Source: Octopus sinensis (Eukaryota). From it: a stretch of DNA of 64,000 bases. The notes under the pieces were generated by a model. That model worked only from the letters and a program-made list of their open reading frames with translations. It ran no database searches and was not told the origin of the DNA. This document shows positions 11,182 through 24,783 of this stretch, piece by piece (positions within the stretch are counted from its first letter, which is position 1; every line of letters begins with the position of its first letter). The position numbers and the translations under genes were made by a program. The stretch is taken from contig NC_043002.1 in assembly GCF_006345805.1 (NCBI RefSeq), positions 13,888,001 through 13,952,000 on the forward strand, in the 5' to 3' direction.

Positions 11182-13099
11182 CAGTCAGGCGGCATGGGTC
11201 GGCCCGCGACAATAGCAGTACTCATTTGCCCATGTTACAGCATAGCACGATTGAACCATGGTGTTGCAAATCGGTTTGTTAATTGTCTATAGCTTGATAT
11301 CTGAGGTGTAAGTTCACGCTGCTCTCATAGCGCCAAGATCTGAAACAGATTCCATTTGATATCCCGAGTCTCCAGGGATATCATCACATACATCTCTGCG
11401 TGTATCTATACATTTACTTCATATAAATAATTAAACAAAATCCCCTGAAAATTAAGAAATAGTTTACAATAATTACAGGCACTTTTCTTCTCTTCAGAAC
11501 AATATTAGGAATATAGGAAAAAATATCCTTTGCTCAAAAATGCAAGAAAACTGCTGAAGATTTAAGAAATTTACGAGAAGAACAAGTTGGCCAATATTTT
11601 ATCCATAAGATCATTTCTCTGCTCCACATGAGATTTAGTGCAGATATAAACCGGAAATTGATACATTAGTTCCTATCTCTATGTCCTTTGCAGTATAAGA
11701 GAAATCAGATAGCTCCAAATAGAAATCGGTATAACGTCGTAGATAAAACTCACAGAAAAATTAATATTTATTGCATCGGAGTGTTCTGAATTCCTTTCAT
11801 AATTAATATTCGTAATGAAAAGTTTCAGGAGAATACATTTGCTATTGTATATCATGAATGAACAAGCCATTTAATCAGGCATCAGCTTACATCCCGCTGC
11901 CATGTGTCGGCCATAAAATATATAGAAGTCAAATAACGGAATTATATTCAATTGCTACAGAATTTAGCCTACAACATGAAATCTTTCGTTTCATTAAAAA
12001 CACGCTGCATCAAAACCCAGAAATCTAAAAGATCTGATAAGTGGGGCTGTTATTATACTGACACCATCGTAAGATCTTTATCGGGTTTCAGAAGCTAAAA
12101 ATTACTCTCGAATTTAGTACTTCTCATGTGTGAAGGCATTTAAGCTAGTGGGTAGAGTATTGCACTGACGAACACAACATTGTGATTTCGAACCCTGGAC
12201 CGGGCGGCGCGTTGCTTTATTGGGCACAATAATCGTTTTCCTATTCTGCAACTCAATTTAGCTCTTAACCTGTAACTTTCAGAGGGCGGCCGCGGTTGTT
12301 GTGATCTCGGTCACATTTATATCACGACAGTAAACCGGATGACCAGCCCTATAATTCCTAGTACTTGAATCAGTATTGTATAGGGGTTGATACCGATGAC
12401 GCATCTGTCATAATATGCACATAGAAAGTTCCTCTCCAGGGCAAAGATTCGATCAAGGCAGACAGGAAGTTTTACCCTTTTGTAAATCTCGGTTTTGAAA
12501 TCACAACATTTTTTCAACAAAAAAGGCTAAGTTAATGGTCTATAGCTTGATATCTTAGATGTAAGTTCACGTTGACCTCATTGCGCAAAGATCTGAAACA
12601 GATGCCACTTGTTATCTCGAGTTTCCAGAAATTTCATCACTTCAGCCGCTTAACTCGGTATTTTCAAATGAATCTAAAGCAAAGATGGCCTTAGTGGGAT
12701 GCAAACTCAGATGGCAAAGAGCTTGATTTTCATCTCACTTTCTGACGTCACTTCGCTACTTACGTACTGTCGACATATATCACTGGGGAATTGCAATATA
12801 TCTAACGTTATTAAATGTAAATAAAACATAGCGAGCCGTATATCAGCTACACGGAAGTTAATTCAACAACACAATATCTACGTCTTGATCAAATTAGCAG
12901 CTCAAGCTGAAAGTCTCTCCTCACCTCAAATCATACTCCTCTGTCTCAAAACATACGTATTTAGCCAATGTGACTCTATGTCCGTATTGTAACATAAGAA
13001 ACATAGAGGTTGAATCTTGTTTGGAATTTGATCACGGCTGATCTCAGATTAAACGACAAAGCAACAACAACAACAAGAAAATAACGGAAAAAGAGTGTA

Positions 13100-13226
13100 C
13101 ATCAATCCATGCATGCATGCATACACGCATACATACATATAAATATATGATATATTATATATATATATATACATATGTATGTGTGTATATATATATATAT
13201 CAATATCAATATATATATATACATAT

Positions 13227-13315
<89 letters not shown>

Positions 13316-13462
13316 AGAGAGAGAGACAGATAGAGAACAAGAGAAAGTGAGTGAAAGAGAGACAGTGACTGATAGATAGATATACATACATACACGCACT
13401 CAGATATATACATATATATATATATTTGTGTATGTATATATATGTATGTATTTAAGTGTATG

Positions 13463-13516
<54 letters not shown>

Positions 13517-13555
13517 CATACACACACACATATATATATATATATATACATACAT

Positions 13556-13597
<42 letters not shown>

Positions 13598-13600
13598 GAT
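13100..13600. repeat. (TA)n/(GA)n/(CA)n compound microsatellite
   Basis: Directly visible. Confidence 0.95.
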
Positions 13601-14047
13601 TTAGTAGATGTGTGCACATAACAGAATGAATAAGTTGCAGTTTGCATTTACTGAATCAACGTTGTGACATTTTAATCAAATTAAGTGCCTTTTGGGGCGC
13701 AGCCAACAGAAACCACCGTTGCCTTTGGCATAATCCCCAGAATTACCATTTAAGAAAATAGTAAAAATACAAACAAGAAAATACCCCCACTCCAAAGTAC
13801 ATCATGTAATTTGACAGCTAGCCTTCATTGTCAGCTGATGGAGAAGCAATAACTACAAAGGCAACCGTAAGAATCATCCTCTACGGGATATAAAAGATGG
13901 CCGAAATAAGCGGTTCAGATTCTCCATTGAGGAATGCTTTAAGTGTTAAGCCAAATCTACAAAGATATTTCATTAAATGTAAAGAAGACTATAGAAATGT
14001 TATCCAGAAACAAAATAATACGAGATCAGGTGATTGCGTATGCGTTT

Positions 14048-14049
<2 letters not shown>

Positions 14050-14088
<39 letters not shown>

Positions 14089-14580
14089 CATGTGAGTGTA
14101 TGTATATGTACACACACACATACACACACTAACCCCTTCCACCTCACATATATTAATATACGAGAATGTGGGTGTATGTATGTTCTGTGTAGGTGAAATA
14201 GGGAGAGTGTTAGATTTGGCGTACGGAATTTTGGCCATATGTTCACACAGATACATACATATGTACGCACATACATACACACATACATACATACATACAT
14301 ACATGCATACATACATACATACATAGATACATACATACATACATACATACATACATACATACACACATACATACATACATACATACATACATAGATACAT
14401 ACATACGTACGTACACACATACACATTTATACATACATACGTACATACATACACATATATACATACATATCTTGTATGTGTGTACTGCGTGAGAGAGAGG
14501 GGCAGAGGAGAGGAGAGGAAAAGGGAATGCCCAATTGAGCGAGAGAGAAAGAGAGAGAATGGGTGAGAGAGAGAAAAAGT

Positions 14581-14658
<78 letters not shown>

Positions 14659-14680
14659 CAGACAGATAAAGAGAGAGAGA
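14050..14680. repeat. (TA)n, (CATA)n, (GA)n and (GATA)n microsatellite block
   Basis: Directly visible. Confidence 0.95.
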
Positions 14681-14913
14681 GCGAAAATTCGCTTTCATGA
14701 CACAGAACTAATGTCTTTCTAATTTCCCACTATTCGCCTGACATACTAGAATTATAAACCAAATGTCATATGATTCCCAACTTATTGTGTTAAGTAAGAG
14801 CAACTTGGATAACATGATTCCAGTTATAAATCTAAAGTAATAGTAGGTGACCAGATGAGAGATCATTCTATCTACATTACTATACATCCCCCCAAAATAT
14901 GACTGATTATACC

Positions 14914-15146
14914 TATTTTTTACTACCCACAAGGGGCTAAACACAGAGAGGACAAACAAGGACAGACAAACGGATTAAGTCGATTATATCGACCCCAGGG
15001 TGTAACTGGTACTTAATTTATCGACCCTGAAAGGATGACGGGCAAAGTCGACCTCGGCGGAATTTGAACTCAGAACGTAGCGGCAGACGAAATACCGCTA
15101 TGCATTTCGCCCGGCGTGCTAACGTTTCTGCCAGCTCGCCGCCTTC
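14914..15146 (-). mobile_element. Family-B SINE, full length
   Basis: Matches the other family-B copies; 12 bp TSD actgattatacc at 14902-14913 and 15147-15158. Confidence 0.9.
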
Positions 15147-15399
15147 ACTGATTATACCAGTTGCTATCTCCCTTAACGTGAGTTTTAATTTCAAAGCATC
15201 CGTATAGGGAAATTTCAACTAGTTTTATGGAAAACTATCGAAGATTGTCTGCGCTTTACCTTGCAGGTATTAGACACTGCCCTGAAGGAGCTATTTCTGT
15301 TTGTCATAGACATTGTCAGCCATGTCAACGTTTTTCGTGTACATCTATCAAACCACTCCGAAAATAAATTTATACTGAATCTTTCTGTATGTGCTAATG

Positions 15400-16200
15400 G
15401 TTGTTTAAAAATGCTGTCGAAATGCAAAGACAGTTTAGAAGAGAAGGTCAGATTCTTCTTACAGCTTATCATGCACGCGTTAGCGATAGATTTGAAGCAC
15501 TGGGGACTATTCAAAAACGTTCCAGAATTTGTGGACATCGGCAAGCCCCGAGTGCAACAAAAATGTACGAGAAATTCGTTTCTAGTGTTCCAGAAAATCT
15601 GTTTGTCAAATGAGACGTGAGATAGGTATTTCAAAATCAAGTAACCATTACATTTTGAATTGATGTCATTGAAAATGCTACTTTCTAAGAATGGTCCATG
15701 CATTCCATGAAGATGATCCGGGTCGAAGAGTGGACTTGGTGAGTGGCAGCTGGAGAGATGTGTCGAAGATTAACGCATTCCAGTAAAGAGTGTTTGGAAC
15801 GATGGCGACGATAAATATAAATGGCCCAAAGAATCTGAAAAACCGCTTATTACGGAAGAATTTACCAAAAATTGCAATATGGTGCAGTTCATTATAAAAA
15901 GGATTAACTGGATCCTACATTTTGAAGGGATAGTGACTAGACCCATTTAGTGACTGAGAAAATCTTTCATCCCCAGCTTTCAAGAGGAATTTGAAAAGGT
16001 AGAGTTTTTATTTAGACCTAAGTCAAACCCACACCGTCATTCTTACGTAAGGGCACATCTTTCCGAAATTTTGACAAAGTGGTGGAATGGACCTCAGAGA
16101 GGTTCAATAGAATACCTTCTGCATCCAGCGGCAGTGACACCACTAGATTTTATTCATGAGGATAAATTTTGATAAAGTTTGCAGTATAATTTCGGCAATA
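15400..16200 (+). pseudogene. Highly decayed IS630-Tc1-mariner transposase (N-terminal HTH, possibly rosa/DD41D type)
   Basis: Fragments FKNAVEMQRQFRRE...DRFEALGTIQ, HAFHEDDPGRRVD and GSIEY...TPLDF resemble the VEVQRxFRR, LxEDDxDRRVEFC and GxxEWPPRSPDLTPLDF motifs; many stops and frameshifts. Confidence 0.6.
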
Positions 16201-16421
16201 ATTGACAGGTTGATGACACATTTCATGCTGTTTGTGAGTACTTTGCTTTGCGTTATCAGTACGGATTGGGCCAGAGACGATAGTCAGAGGAGAAACGTGT
16301 TTAAAAAGAATTACACTATCTGTATATTCAATTAAACTCTGAAAATGAAACGAATTTTAATGAACACTCATCATTCAATATGTAGTATATATATATTATC
16401 ATTCAGTATGTAGTATACATT

Positions 16422-16640
16422 AGGCAGCGAACTGGTAAAAACATTAGCACGCCGGGCGAAATATGTAGAGGTATTTCGTATGTCTTTACATTCTCAGTTC
16501 AAATTCCGCCGAGGTCGACTTTGCCTTTAATCCCTGCGGGGTCGGTAAATTAAGTTGCAGTTGCGTACTGGGGTCGATCTGATCAACTAGCCCCCTTCAT
16601 AAAATTGTCGGTCCTTGTAATTAGAGTAGAAAATAATGTA
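16422..16640 (+). mobile_element. Degenerate family-B SINE
   Basis: ttcaaattccgccgaggtcgactttgcc core. Confidence 0.75.
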
Positions 16641-16978
16641 TAGTACACCCCCCCACATATATATACATATATATACATACATATACTTGAAATTTACAGA
16701 AAAACAAAACACGAAGACGGATGTATAAACAACAAGCACACACACACACACACACACACACATATGTTATGGGAATAACACATTGTCTATACATAATACC
16801 TTTATTATATGATCAAAAAATAGTGCTTGGTCGAAAGCTATAGTAGATCTACAGAAGGTGATATGTAGTGAGACCGAACCGGAAAACATACGCTTGCTAA
16901 TCAAAATCTAAGTGCCATGAGTATGTCTTCACACCCCACCACACAAAACACACACACACACACACACACACATACATA

Positions 16979-17009
<31 letters not shown>

Positions 17010-17558
17010 ATATATATATACATGTACACATACACACTTATATGTAGAAATACTTTAAATAACGAATGACTTTGAAGTAAATCAGCATATTTGAAAAAGA
17101 ATCAGTGCTGTATGTACTGCATACAATAAATGTTGCCCCAGTGTATACACGAACATGTATGCTTATTGAGATTATATACATGTATATATATTTATATATT
17201 TATATGCAATACATGTATATACAAATACATAAAGTCACATATTATCTTTCTAGCTATCTATCTGTTTGTGTATGTGTGAGTGTCTGTGTCTTTGTGCGTG
17301 TGTGTGTGCGTATTCCTGCGTGAGTGTGTGTGTGTGTGTTTATTTCAAAAAGTGAACGGAAGGTGTTCTGTTGATTTCTTTATTTTATCACGCGTGGAAC
17401 TCTAATAAAATAAGAACTGCAATTCAAAGAATTTCAAAATGCCCTTACGTAGAAAATGACATATGTGTTTTTGCATCAAGCTATCTCTCTATTTATTTAC
17501 ACACACACACACACACACGCAAACACACACACACACCGACACAGACACACACACATAC

Positions 17559-17595
<37 letters not shown>

Positions 17596-18105
17596 ACACA
17601 CGCAAACACACACGCACAAACACACACGTTTGCACGTACTTATTCAGTAGAATTCGCTTACCTCTCGGCACAGATTTGTCACATACGTACAAAGTCAGCG
17701 TAATTTTTCCCCATTGTTATATTTGCATCATTTATACCTTTTCATTTTTTTTTTTTTTTTACTCTCTCGAAAAATAAAAATTACTTTATTTTTATTTATA
17801 TCTCGTGAAAATCTCTTTGCGTAAACGGCTCACAGCTATATACATAAACCAATAAACACGCATAGATTATGTAGAAAATTTTTCAAGAAAACGGATAAAG
17901 AAGCATGTTTCTATTTTTTCAAAATCATAGAGAAAGAAGAATTGAGAAATACGTAAATTGACATTTCTTGCCTCTTTACATACACATATAAACACACAAA
18001 CATACGTACAAACATATATAGATACAAACATGCTTACATGCAAACATGCATACATATATACATGCACTCATAGATACATAGACATTTAAGATACATACAA
18101 TCCAT

Positions 18106-18184
<79 letters not shown>

Positions 18185-18226
18185 AATGGGTTTGTATGAT
18201 TGTGTATGATTGTATATATATATATG

Positions 18227-18268
<42 letters not shown>

Positions 18269-18308
18269 ATCTATCTATCTATCTATCTATCTATATATAT
18301 TATATTAT

Positions 18309-18339
<31 letters not shown>

Positions 18340-18485
18340 TATGTGAAATAGAAAGATGAATAATCTTGTTGTAGATTAATCAAAAGTTAACGATACCTAG
18401 TAGCAAAAATCACAGCAGTAAACAGCACGGTTGGAGGTACAACCATCTGGCGTTGCAACCGTGCGTTGGTGCGGATAATTGAAAT

Positions 18486-19110
18486 TAAAACATTATTGGT
18501 GAATTGAAGAATGGAGCTGACGCAGATTGAACAGAACACACACACACATAAAACATAATATATATATATTTTTTTCTTTCTGCCACCCAACGGTTATCAC
18601 GGCAGTAGCCACTGACACCGAACGATCAAACGCACACACGTACACAAAAAATGTTTTCTACCCCTACGCCAAACACACACATTATAGAACAGTATACACA
18701 CCACCACGTCTCTAAGTAGATTTTTTCTCGCCCCTTATAAAACATCCAATATTTCTTAAATAGTCAGAACTTTATTCTCGGTCACTAAGAACATCTATAC
18801 CCCTCACCCACTGATTGACCGATGCTGACCTGTAGAATTCTTCAGCCACCGTTCTCAGCATACACTGATAAACAGTTTCGCCATGGGCTCTTAGGAGCAT
18901 AGTTCGATTTGGTTTTGCTCCGCCTCTGTTCTGTTTTTGTTTCTCTAACGGATTTCCTTTTTTCTTCTGAAGAGAAAGACACAATATGGTCCCATTATTC
19001 AATCGGATTTTTGTAATTTGTGCCTTTCGAAACACGTGTAGAATGAAATAAAACGATTTCTGTTCAATCTGCGTTCAGCTCCATTTCTTCAATTCACCAA
19101 TAATGTTTTA
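18486..19110 (+). mobile_element. ~625 bp element bounded by ~50 bp inverted repeats and carrying a hammerhead motif
   Basis: 18486-18536 is the reverse complement of 19058-19110 with about 2 single-base indels; internal hammerhead core. Confidence 0.7.
18965..19043 (+). ncRNA. Type-I hammerhead motif with long stem II and weak stem I
   Basis: CUGAAGA 18967-18973; stem II gaaag/ctttc plus cacaa/ttgtg; GAA-ACACGUGU-A (palindromic stem III, GUA site); stem I only about 2 bp. Confidence 0.65.
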
Positions 19111-19113
19111 TAT

Positions 19114-19146
<33 letters not shown>

Positions 19147-19941
19147 CTATATATATATATATATACATATACACGTATGCACACACATGTATGTGTGTGT
19201 GTGTGTGTTTTGTTCTTCTCCTCAATTTCTATAACAACATTTGTGTTAAATTTTTCTGATTATTTACTGCAAAACTAATGATTTTTCTATCCACGTAATA
19301 GTTTTGACGTGGAGATTAAGTAATTGATTGACGTGCTCCGTATTATTCTTAATCCATAAGCGTCGATTAATCTATTAAGTTAACTATAAAATCCAATTAG
19401 ATTTAGAAAAAAAAAGAAATTATTAGTTTTGTAAGTTTTATTGTTGACGATGTTAAAAATGTGCTTCTAAATGAATTTGAAGCTGAGAAGCATTCTTCAT
19501 CGTATTTAAAATGTTTAAATTTCTGTACTTTAGCAGAACATCTCTGAGGCAAAGGTAAAAGCTTAAGTCTCTTGGGAATGGATTCTTAAGAGATGGAGAG
19601 CAAGAAGCTGAATTGCTAGAATCGCTGGTGCTGGTAGAGTAATGTGACAGCACCAGTATTAAATCCTCAGAAGAGTAGAGATTGGTATGAACAGCCAAAC
19701 TTGCATCAACAGCTTTAATTCGCATTATGTGAACCAAAAGAGTATGGTCGCAAATACAAGTAGCTAAAGTGTGGCATCGAGAGGTCACGGCTTTGGTACT
19801 ACAGACAAACGATAAGAACGTAACGCGTAAGAATCACAACACATAGTTTTCAAGGCCGGCCTACAGACAGAAAATGTACAATCAGACTTGTATGAGTGCA
19901 GATTTATATGTTTTATTTTAAGTATGTATTTCCAGGCATAT

Positions 19942-20443
19942 GTGGAGCCGCGTGGCTTAGTGGTTAGGGTGTCAGCATCATGATAGTAAGATTGTGGTTT
20001 CGATTCCTGGACCGGGCGATGCGTTGTGTTCTTGAGCAAAACACTTCATTTCACGTTGCTCCAGTCCACTCAGCTGGCAAAAATGAGTAACGCTGCGGTG
20101 GACTGGCGTCCCGTCCACCTGGGGAACACATACACCATAGAAACTAGGAAACCGGGCCCATGAGCCTGGCTAGGCTTCAAAAGGGCGTATTTTAGTGGAG
20201 GCGCGTGGCTTAGTGGTTAAGGTGTCAGCATCATGATCGTAAGAATGTGGTTTCGATTCCTGGACCGGGCGACACGTTGTGTTCTTGAACAAAATACTTC
20301 CTTTCACGTTGCTCCAGTTCACTCAGCTGGCAAAAATGAGTAACGCTGCGATGGACTGGCGTCCCGTACACCTGAGGAACACATACGCCATAGAAACCGG
20401 GAAACTGGGCCCATGAACCTGGTTAGGCTTTAAAAAGGGCACA
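19942..20443 (+). mobile_element. Head-to-tail dimer of family-C SINE (~250 bp units)
   Basis: gtggag(c/g)cgcgtggcttagtggtta head at 19942 and 20195; both copies end ...aaaagggc. Confidence 0.9.
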
Positions 20444-20454
20444 GTTATTTATAT

Positions 20455-20810
20455 GTGTTCCCATACATATAGTTGCATGTCTAGACATACTCATATATAC
20501 ATAAATGATAAACTTCTGGAAAGTTTCACAGAATTTTACAGTTTCAGTGATAACTTAGATTTGTAGTCTTCAAATTAGCTTTCCTTTTTCTGGTTTGGAG
20601 AAGCCTAATTTCTCAAGGTTGATATGTAGGCAGTGTGTTACATATTCCTTCATTCCAATAATTACAGGTAAAACCCTGAACTTGTAATCTGGATAGAGTA
20701 GCTATAGATTCCTCAATACTTCAGCGTAAGTATATTCTTTTTTTGCCGATCTTTAGCTTTAGGTTAACAGCTACTGGAGAGCTGATTTCCACGACTGTAC
20801 ACAGTTTCTC
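20455..20810 (-). pseudogene. 3' fragment of an RLE-type (R2/R4/NeSL-group) LINE: endonuclease C-terminus and 3' UTR
   Basis: Minus strand reads EKLCTVVEISSP...LYPDYKFRVLPVIIGMKEYVTHCLHINLEKLGFSK...VKFCETFQKFII, homologous to the fragment at 55551. Confidence 0.65.
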
Positions 20811-21004
20811 TATTATGTATGTATGCATGTGTGTATGTATGTATGTATGTATGTATGTATGTATGTATGTATGTATGTATGTATGTATGTATCTATCTAT
20901 CTAACAATCAATCGATCAATCAACCAATCAATCTATCTATCTGTATATGCTGAAATCTACACTGTTTTTCTCTCTCTCCCTTTCTTGTCATTTTCCATGT
21001 TTAC

Positions 21005-21034
21005 TTGTTTCGAGCGCAGGTTCGAAACGTAAAA
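21005..21034 (+). ncRNA. Decayed copy of the hammerhead-variant family seen at 30889 and 41757
   Basis: gagc-gcag-gttc-gaaacgta-aaa is retained; the upstream core is lost. Confidence 0.3.
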
Positions 21035-21115
21035 CAGATTTTCCGTTTTTCCTGAGAGGCAAACTAATACACCTGCTTGTTGCTCTTTCGCCTTTTGTTT
21101 TTCTGTAAACGTAAA

Positions 21116-21149
<34 letters not shown>

Positions 21150-21337
21150 AATCAAGGTGCAGATGTGATAAGTGACGTACCTGAAAAAATAACCAGCGGA
21201 GTTTATTTATTGGATTCAAATCTTCATGATGATGCCCCATTGACCAAACAGTTAAAAGATAAAAATATCGTATTTTTGATAAAATATATTTATATAGAGA
21301 AAATACAAATATAATTATTGTTCCATGTATACATATA

Positions 21338-21413
<76 letters not shown>

Positions 21414-21434
21414 CATATACATATACATATATAC

Positions 21435-21465
<31 letters not shown>

Positions 21466-21605
21466 TATACATATACATATATATATATTATATATACATA
21501 TATATATACATATACATACTATATATAATACATATACATATATAATATACATATACTATATATATACATATACATATATACATATACATATATATATACA
21601 TATAC

Positions 21606-21665
<60 letters not shown>

Positions 21666-21769
21666 AATATATATATAAAGAAGGTGATGATGAAGAAGAA
21701 CATGATGGGGATGACGATGAAGAAGATGAGGATGATAATGATGATGATGAAGTCGAAGTAGAAGAAGAC

Positions 21770-21832
<63 letters not shown>

Positions 21833-22754
21833 GAAGAAGAAGAAGCTGATGATGATGATGGTGGTTAATGTAAAGACAAATTGGAAGAAATAGAAAAGGA
21901 GGGGATGTGCCAGCTCCGCCTGCAGGACTTTAACGCAACGGATGTTGTAATTCCTGTAGACACGTTGGCTTTCCGTTCAGCTCCCGCCTACAAAACTGAC
22001 TTAGAAAGCATTGGTTGGCTTGGATTTACAGTAGAAGTTATTTACTCAATGCGCTTAACAGTGGAACTGAAATAAAAACCACGTAATTGTAAAAGAACTT
22101 TTTTAATCACATAACCACGCCTGCGATTAATTTTAGTAAAGTTGTTTAGATTATGAAGTATTGTTATTTCATTTTTTTTTTCGTGTAGTATTTCTGTCAT
22201 AATTAATCATTTAATTAAACATCACGGCTTTGTTGCAATGACGAATCTCATATTTCCCTCCGTCCCTCGCATTAATCTGTAGATTTTGATAACACTTTTA
22301 ATAATACTTTGTATCGTAGGCACCTTTTAAAAAAGGCTGAAACAGACAAAAAATTCCTTGCATCTCATAATCCGATAGAAAGAAATAAAATAAAATAACC
22401 GAAAACTCTTCCTTTTCTCTACCTTAGAGAGCCTACAAAGGTTCATAGCTTGTTTTATTCATGTTTTCTGGGCATGAAGAGAACGAGACGTAAATCTGTG
22501 TCTGCACATGACATTACAGTATTGAAGCCAGCGTTGTCCGCATGATGAAAATCAGTGTAAACACTCAAACCACTCGTAACTTCCATGATATTTCTATGGG
22601 TTACAGATGTCAGTTATGTAAACTATACCCATGGCGTAAGTCAAAACATATAGAGGGAAAGCAAAGTGTTTTTGCAAGAAAATAGTATAGTAAAAAGTTA
22701 TCATAAAAGAATATAATTGGGAAAGAACTTATTTTTGTTGAAGTTTTATAATAG

Positions 22755-23273
22755 ACTAGCAGTATCGCCCGGCGTTGCACGGGTTTGTAAGGGAAATAAC
22801 TATATAAGCATTTTTAGAGAGTTACTTCCCTTATAGATGCCAATTCGGGCTTTCTTAGCCATTTCTGTTTTGGTGTCTTCAAGCCATGAAGTCGTTGTTC
22901 TAAAAGAACTCTGGTCTCCTTGACAACGCATTACGACGTTGATTTCCTTAAATTCCCTTCCTCACAGCTTCACGAGGGAGGGAAGAAGGGGGAGAAGCAA
23001 ACACAGGTGCAGGTGTTTGAGCGTTGACGCCAACTCCGCCGCCATCGACACACGAAAAATTATGCATTAAAATGGAATAAAAAATGATGTTAAATTATTT
23101 TTAAAATCGTAGACTCATCGTAGATGCGCGCTAATAACCAGACGGGCTCGATATTAATCACGACTATAAGATACCCGAATTTGGTTAAACTGCACCGCAA
23201 AATGTGGGAGGAGTTAGGAATCTAAATCGTAGGAGACAGACACTCACACAACTACAGTTTTATATATATAGAT
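22755..23273 (+). mobile_element. Helitron-like non-autonomous element, copy 2
   Basis: Same 5' ~70 bp and 3' ~210 bp as 7038-7434 with a different internal segment. Confidence 0.65.
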
Positions 23274-23332
23274 GGATGACAAGCATATTTTAAACTAAAT
23301 GGAATGTTTTGATGTTAAAGTGATACAAAGTA

Positions 23333-23521
23333 GGCGCAGGAGTGGCTGTGTGGTAAGTAGCTTGCTTACTAACCACATGGTTCCGGGTTCACTCCTACTG
23401 CGTGGCACCTTGGCCAAGTGTCTTATACTATAGCTGCGGGTCGACCAAAGGCTTGTGAGTGGTTTGGTAGACTAAAGCGGATTTGCTCGACTAAAAGGCG
23501 ATGCTTCAGCATGGCCGCAGA
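23333..23521 (+). mobile_element. Family-A SINE, internally deleted
   Basis: Head ggcgcaggagtggctgtgtgg joined directly to the tail ctcgactaaaaggcg...catggccgcag. Confidence 0.8.
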
Positions 23522-24550
23522 ACTACTACGTAGCATTTTGTGCGATGGGATAACGATTCAATCTTCGTTGTGGTTGTTCGGCCACATCGTTAGAAAAGAC
23601 ATGGCCGTTATAACATTTCCTTTTGCGCTCTCGTCAAAAATACGAATATTTTAAAATTAGAATTGCGATTCAAAGTCACACTGATAAAAATGAGATGTCA
23701 TATGTATTGGATGGCTCAGCCTGCTGTTGCTCAAATCTACGTGGATGAAAATAACCAACTAGTTCATCAGATGCCATGTACAGTGAGGAGAAAATGATGT
23801 TTAAGTGATAAAAATGTGGTGAGTCCAGGTGCTGCATCTGCATGTTTATATGAGTATCTGTGTCCGTTGATGCGCTTGTGTGTACGCACTTATAATTTAA
23901 TTGGACGATATTATTCCCATATTTGTATTTGCTCTCTTTCTTTACATCTCATGGTTAAAATGAATTTGAATCTACAGAGTAAGAATATAATTCAAAAACA
24001 TTAAAATAGGAATTATATACAAACAATATACCTTTGTGCATAGAAAACTGAATGCGTGTATCCAACACTAACCCTCATGACAAGATAAGAAAAACAGGAA
24101 ATGGATAATAAAAGTAAAGATATGCGGTGCAACTGTGATACGTAGCTATATTGTAAAAGACAAAACTATGGAACTTGGAGATGATAAACGCCTGTCGGCG
24201 TCAGGAATTTCTGCAACATCAGTAGAAATTAATGTAAGTTAAATAAGAATGAAAGACAGACCCATCAGTTCTATAAGGACTTGCTGAAAATTAACTTTCA
24301 AGTAGATACTGTGGAGCGTTATTGGCAAGGTCGCAGTGGTGCAACGAAAATTGTGATGCTTCAAGAAACATATGGAAAGTGAATATTGAAGACTTTGCGT
24401 GTATCTTAAATAGCTGGAAATGTTTCTTCGATGTTGTAATTCCTTCATACGGTCTGAGATTATGCTACTTGCTAGAAAAATACAGCCCCGAAATACACGC
24501 ATATGTATAGTCAGGTATACACACAAACAAATATAGGTATATGTGTGTAT

Positions 24551-24783
24551 GAAGGCGGCGAGCTGGCAGAACCGTTAGAACGCGAGGTGATATGCGCAGC
24601 CGTATTTCGTCTGCCATTACGCTCTGAGTTCAAATTCCGCCGAGGTCGACTTTGCCTTTCATCCTTTCGGGATCGATAAATTAAGTACCGGTTACGCACT
24701 GGGGTCGATGTAAGCGACTTAATCCGTTTGTCTGTCCTTGTTTGTCCTCTCTGTGTTTTGCCCCTTGTGGGTAATAAAGAAAC
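24551..24783 (+). mobile_element. Family-B SINE, full length
   Basis: 16 bp TSD aggtatatgtgtgtat at 24535-24550 and 24784-24799; ends ...ccttgtgggtaataaagaaac. Confidence 0.92.

Noticed and set aside
13897-14035. MAEISGSDSPLRN... as a first coding exon
   Set aside because: Has an ATG and a possible GT donor but no recognisable homology or partner exon.
19453-19788. 111 aa minus-strand ORF and a possible 21 nt plus-strand microexon near 19535
   Set aside because: No recognisable motif; signals of this size are expected by chance.
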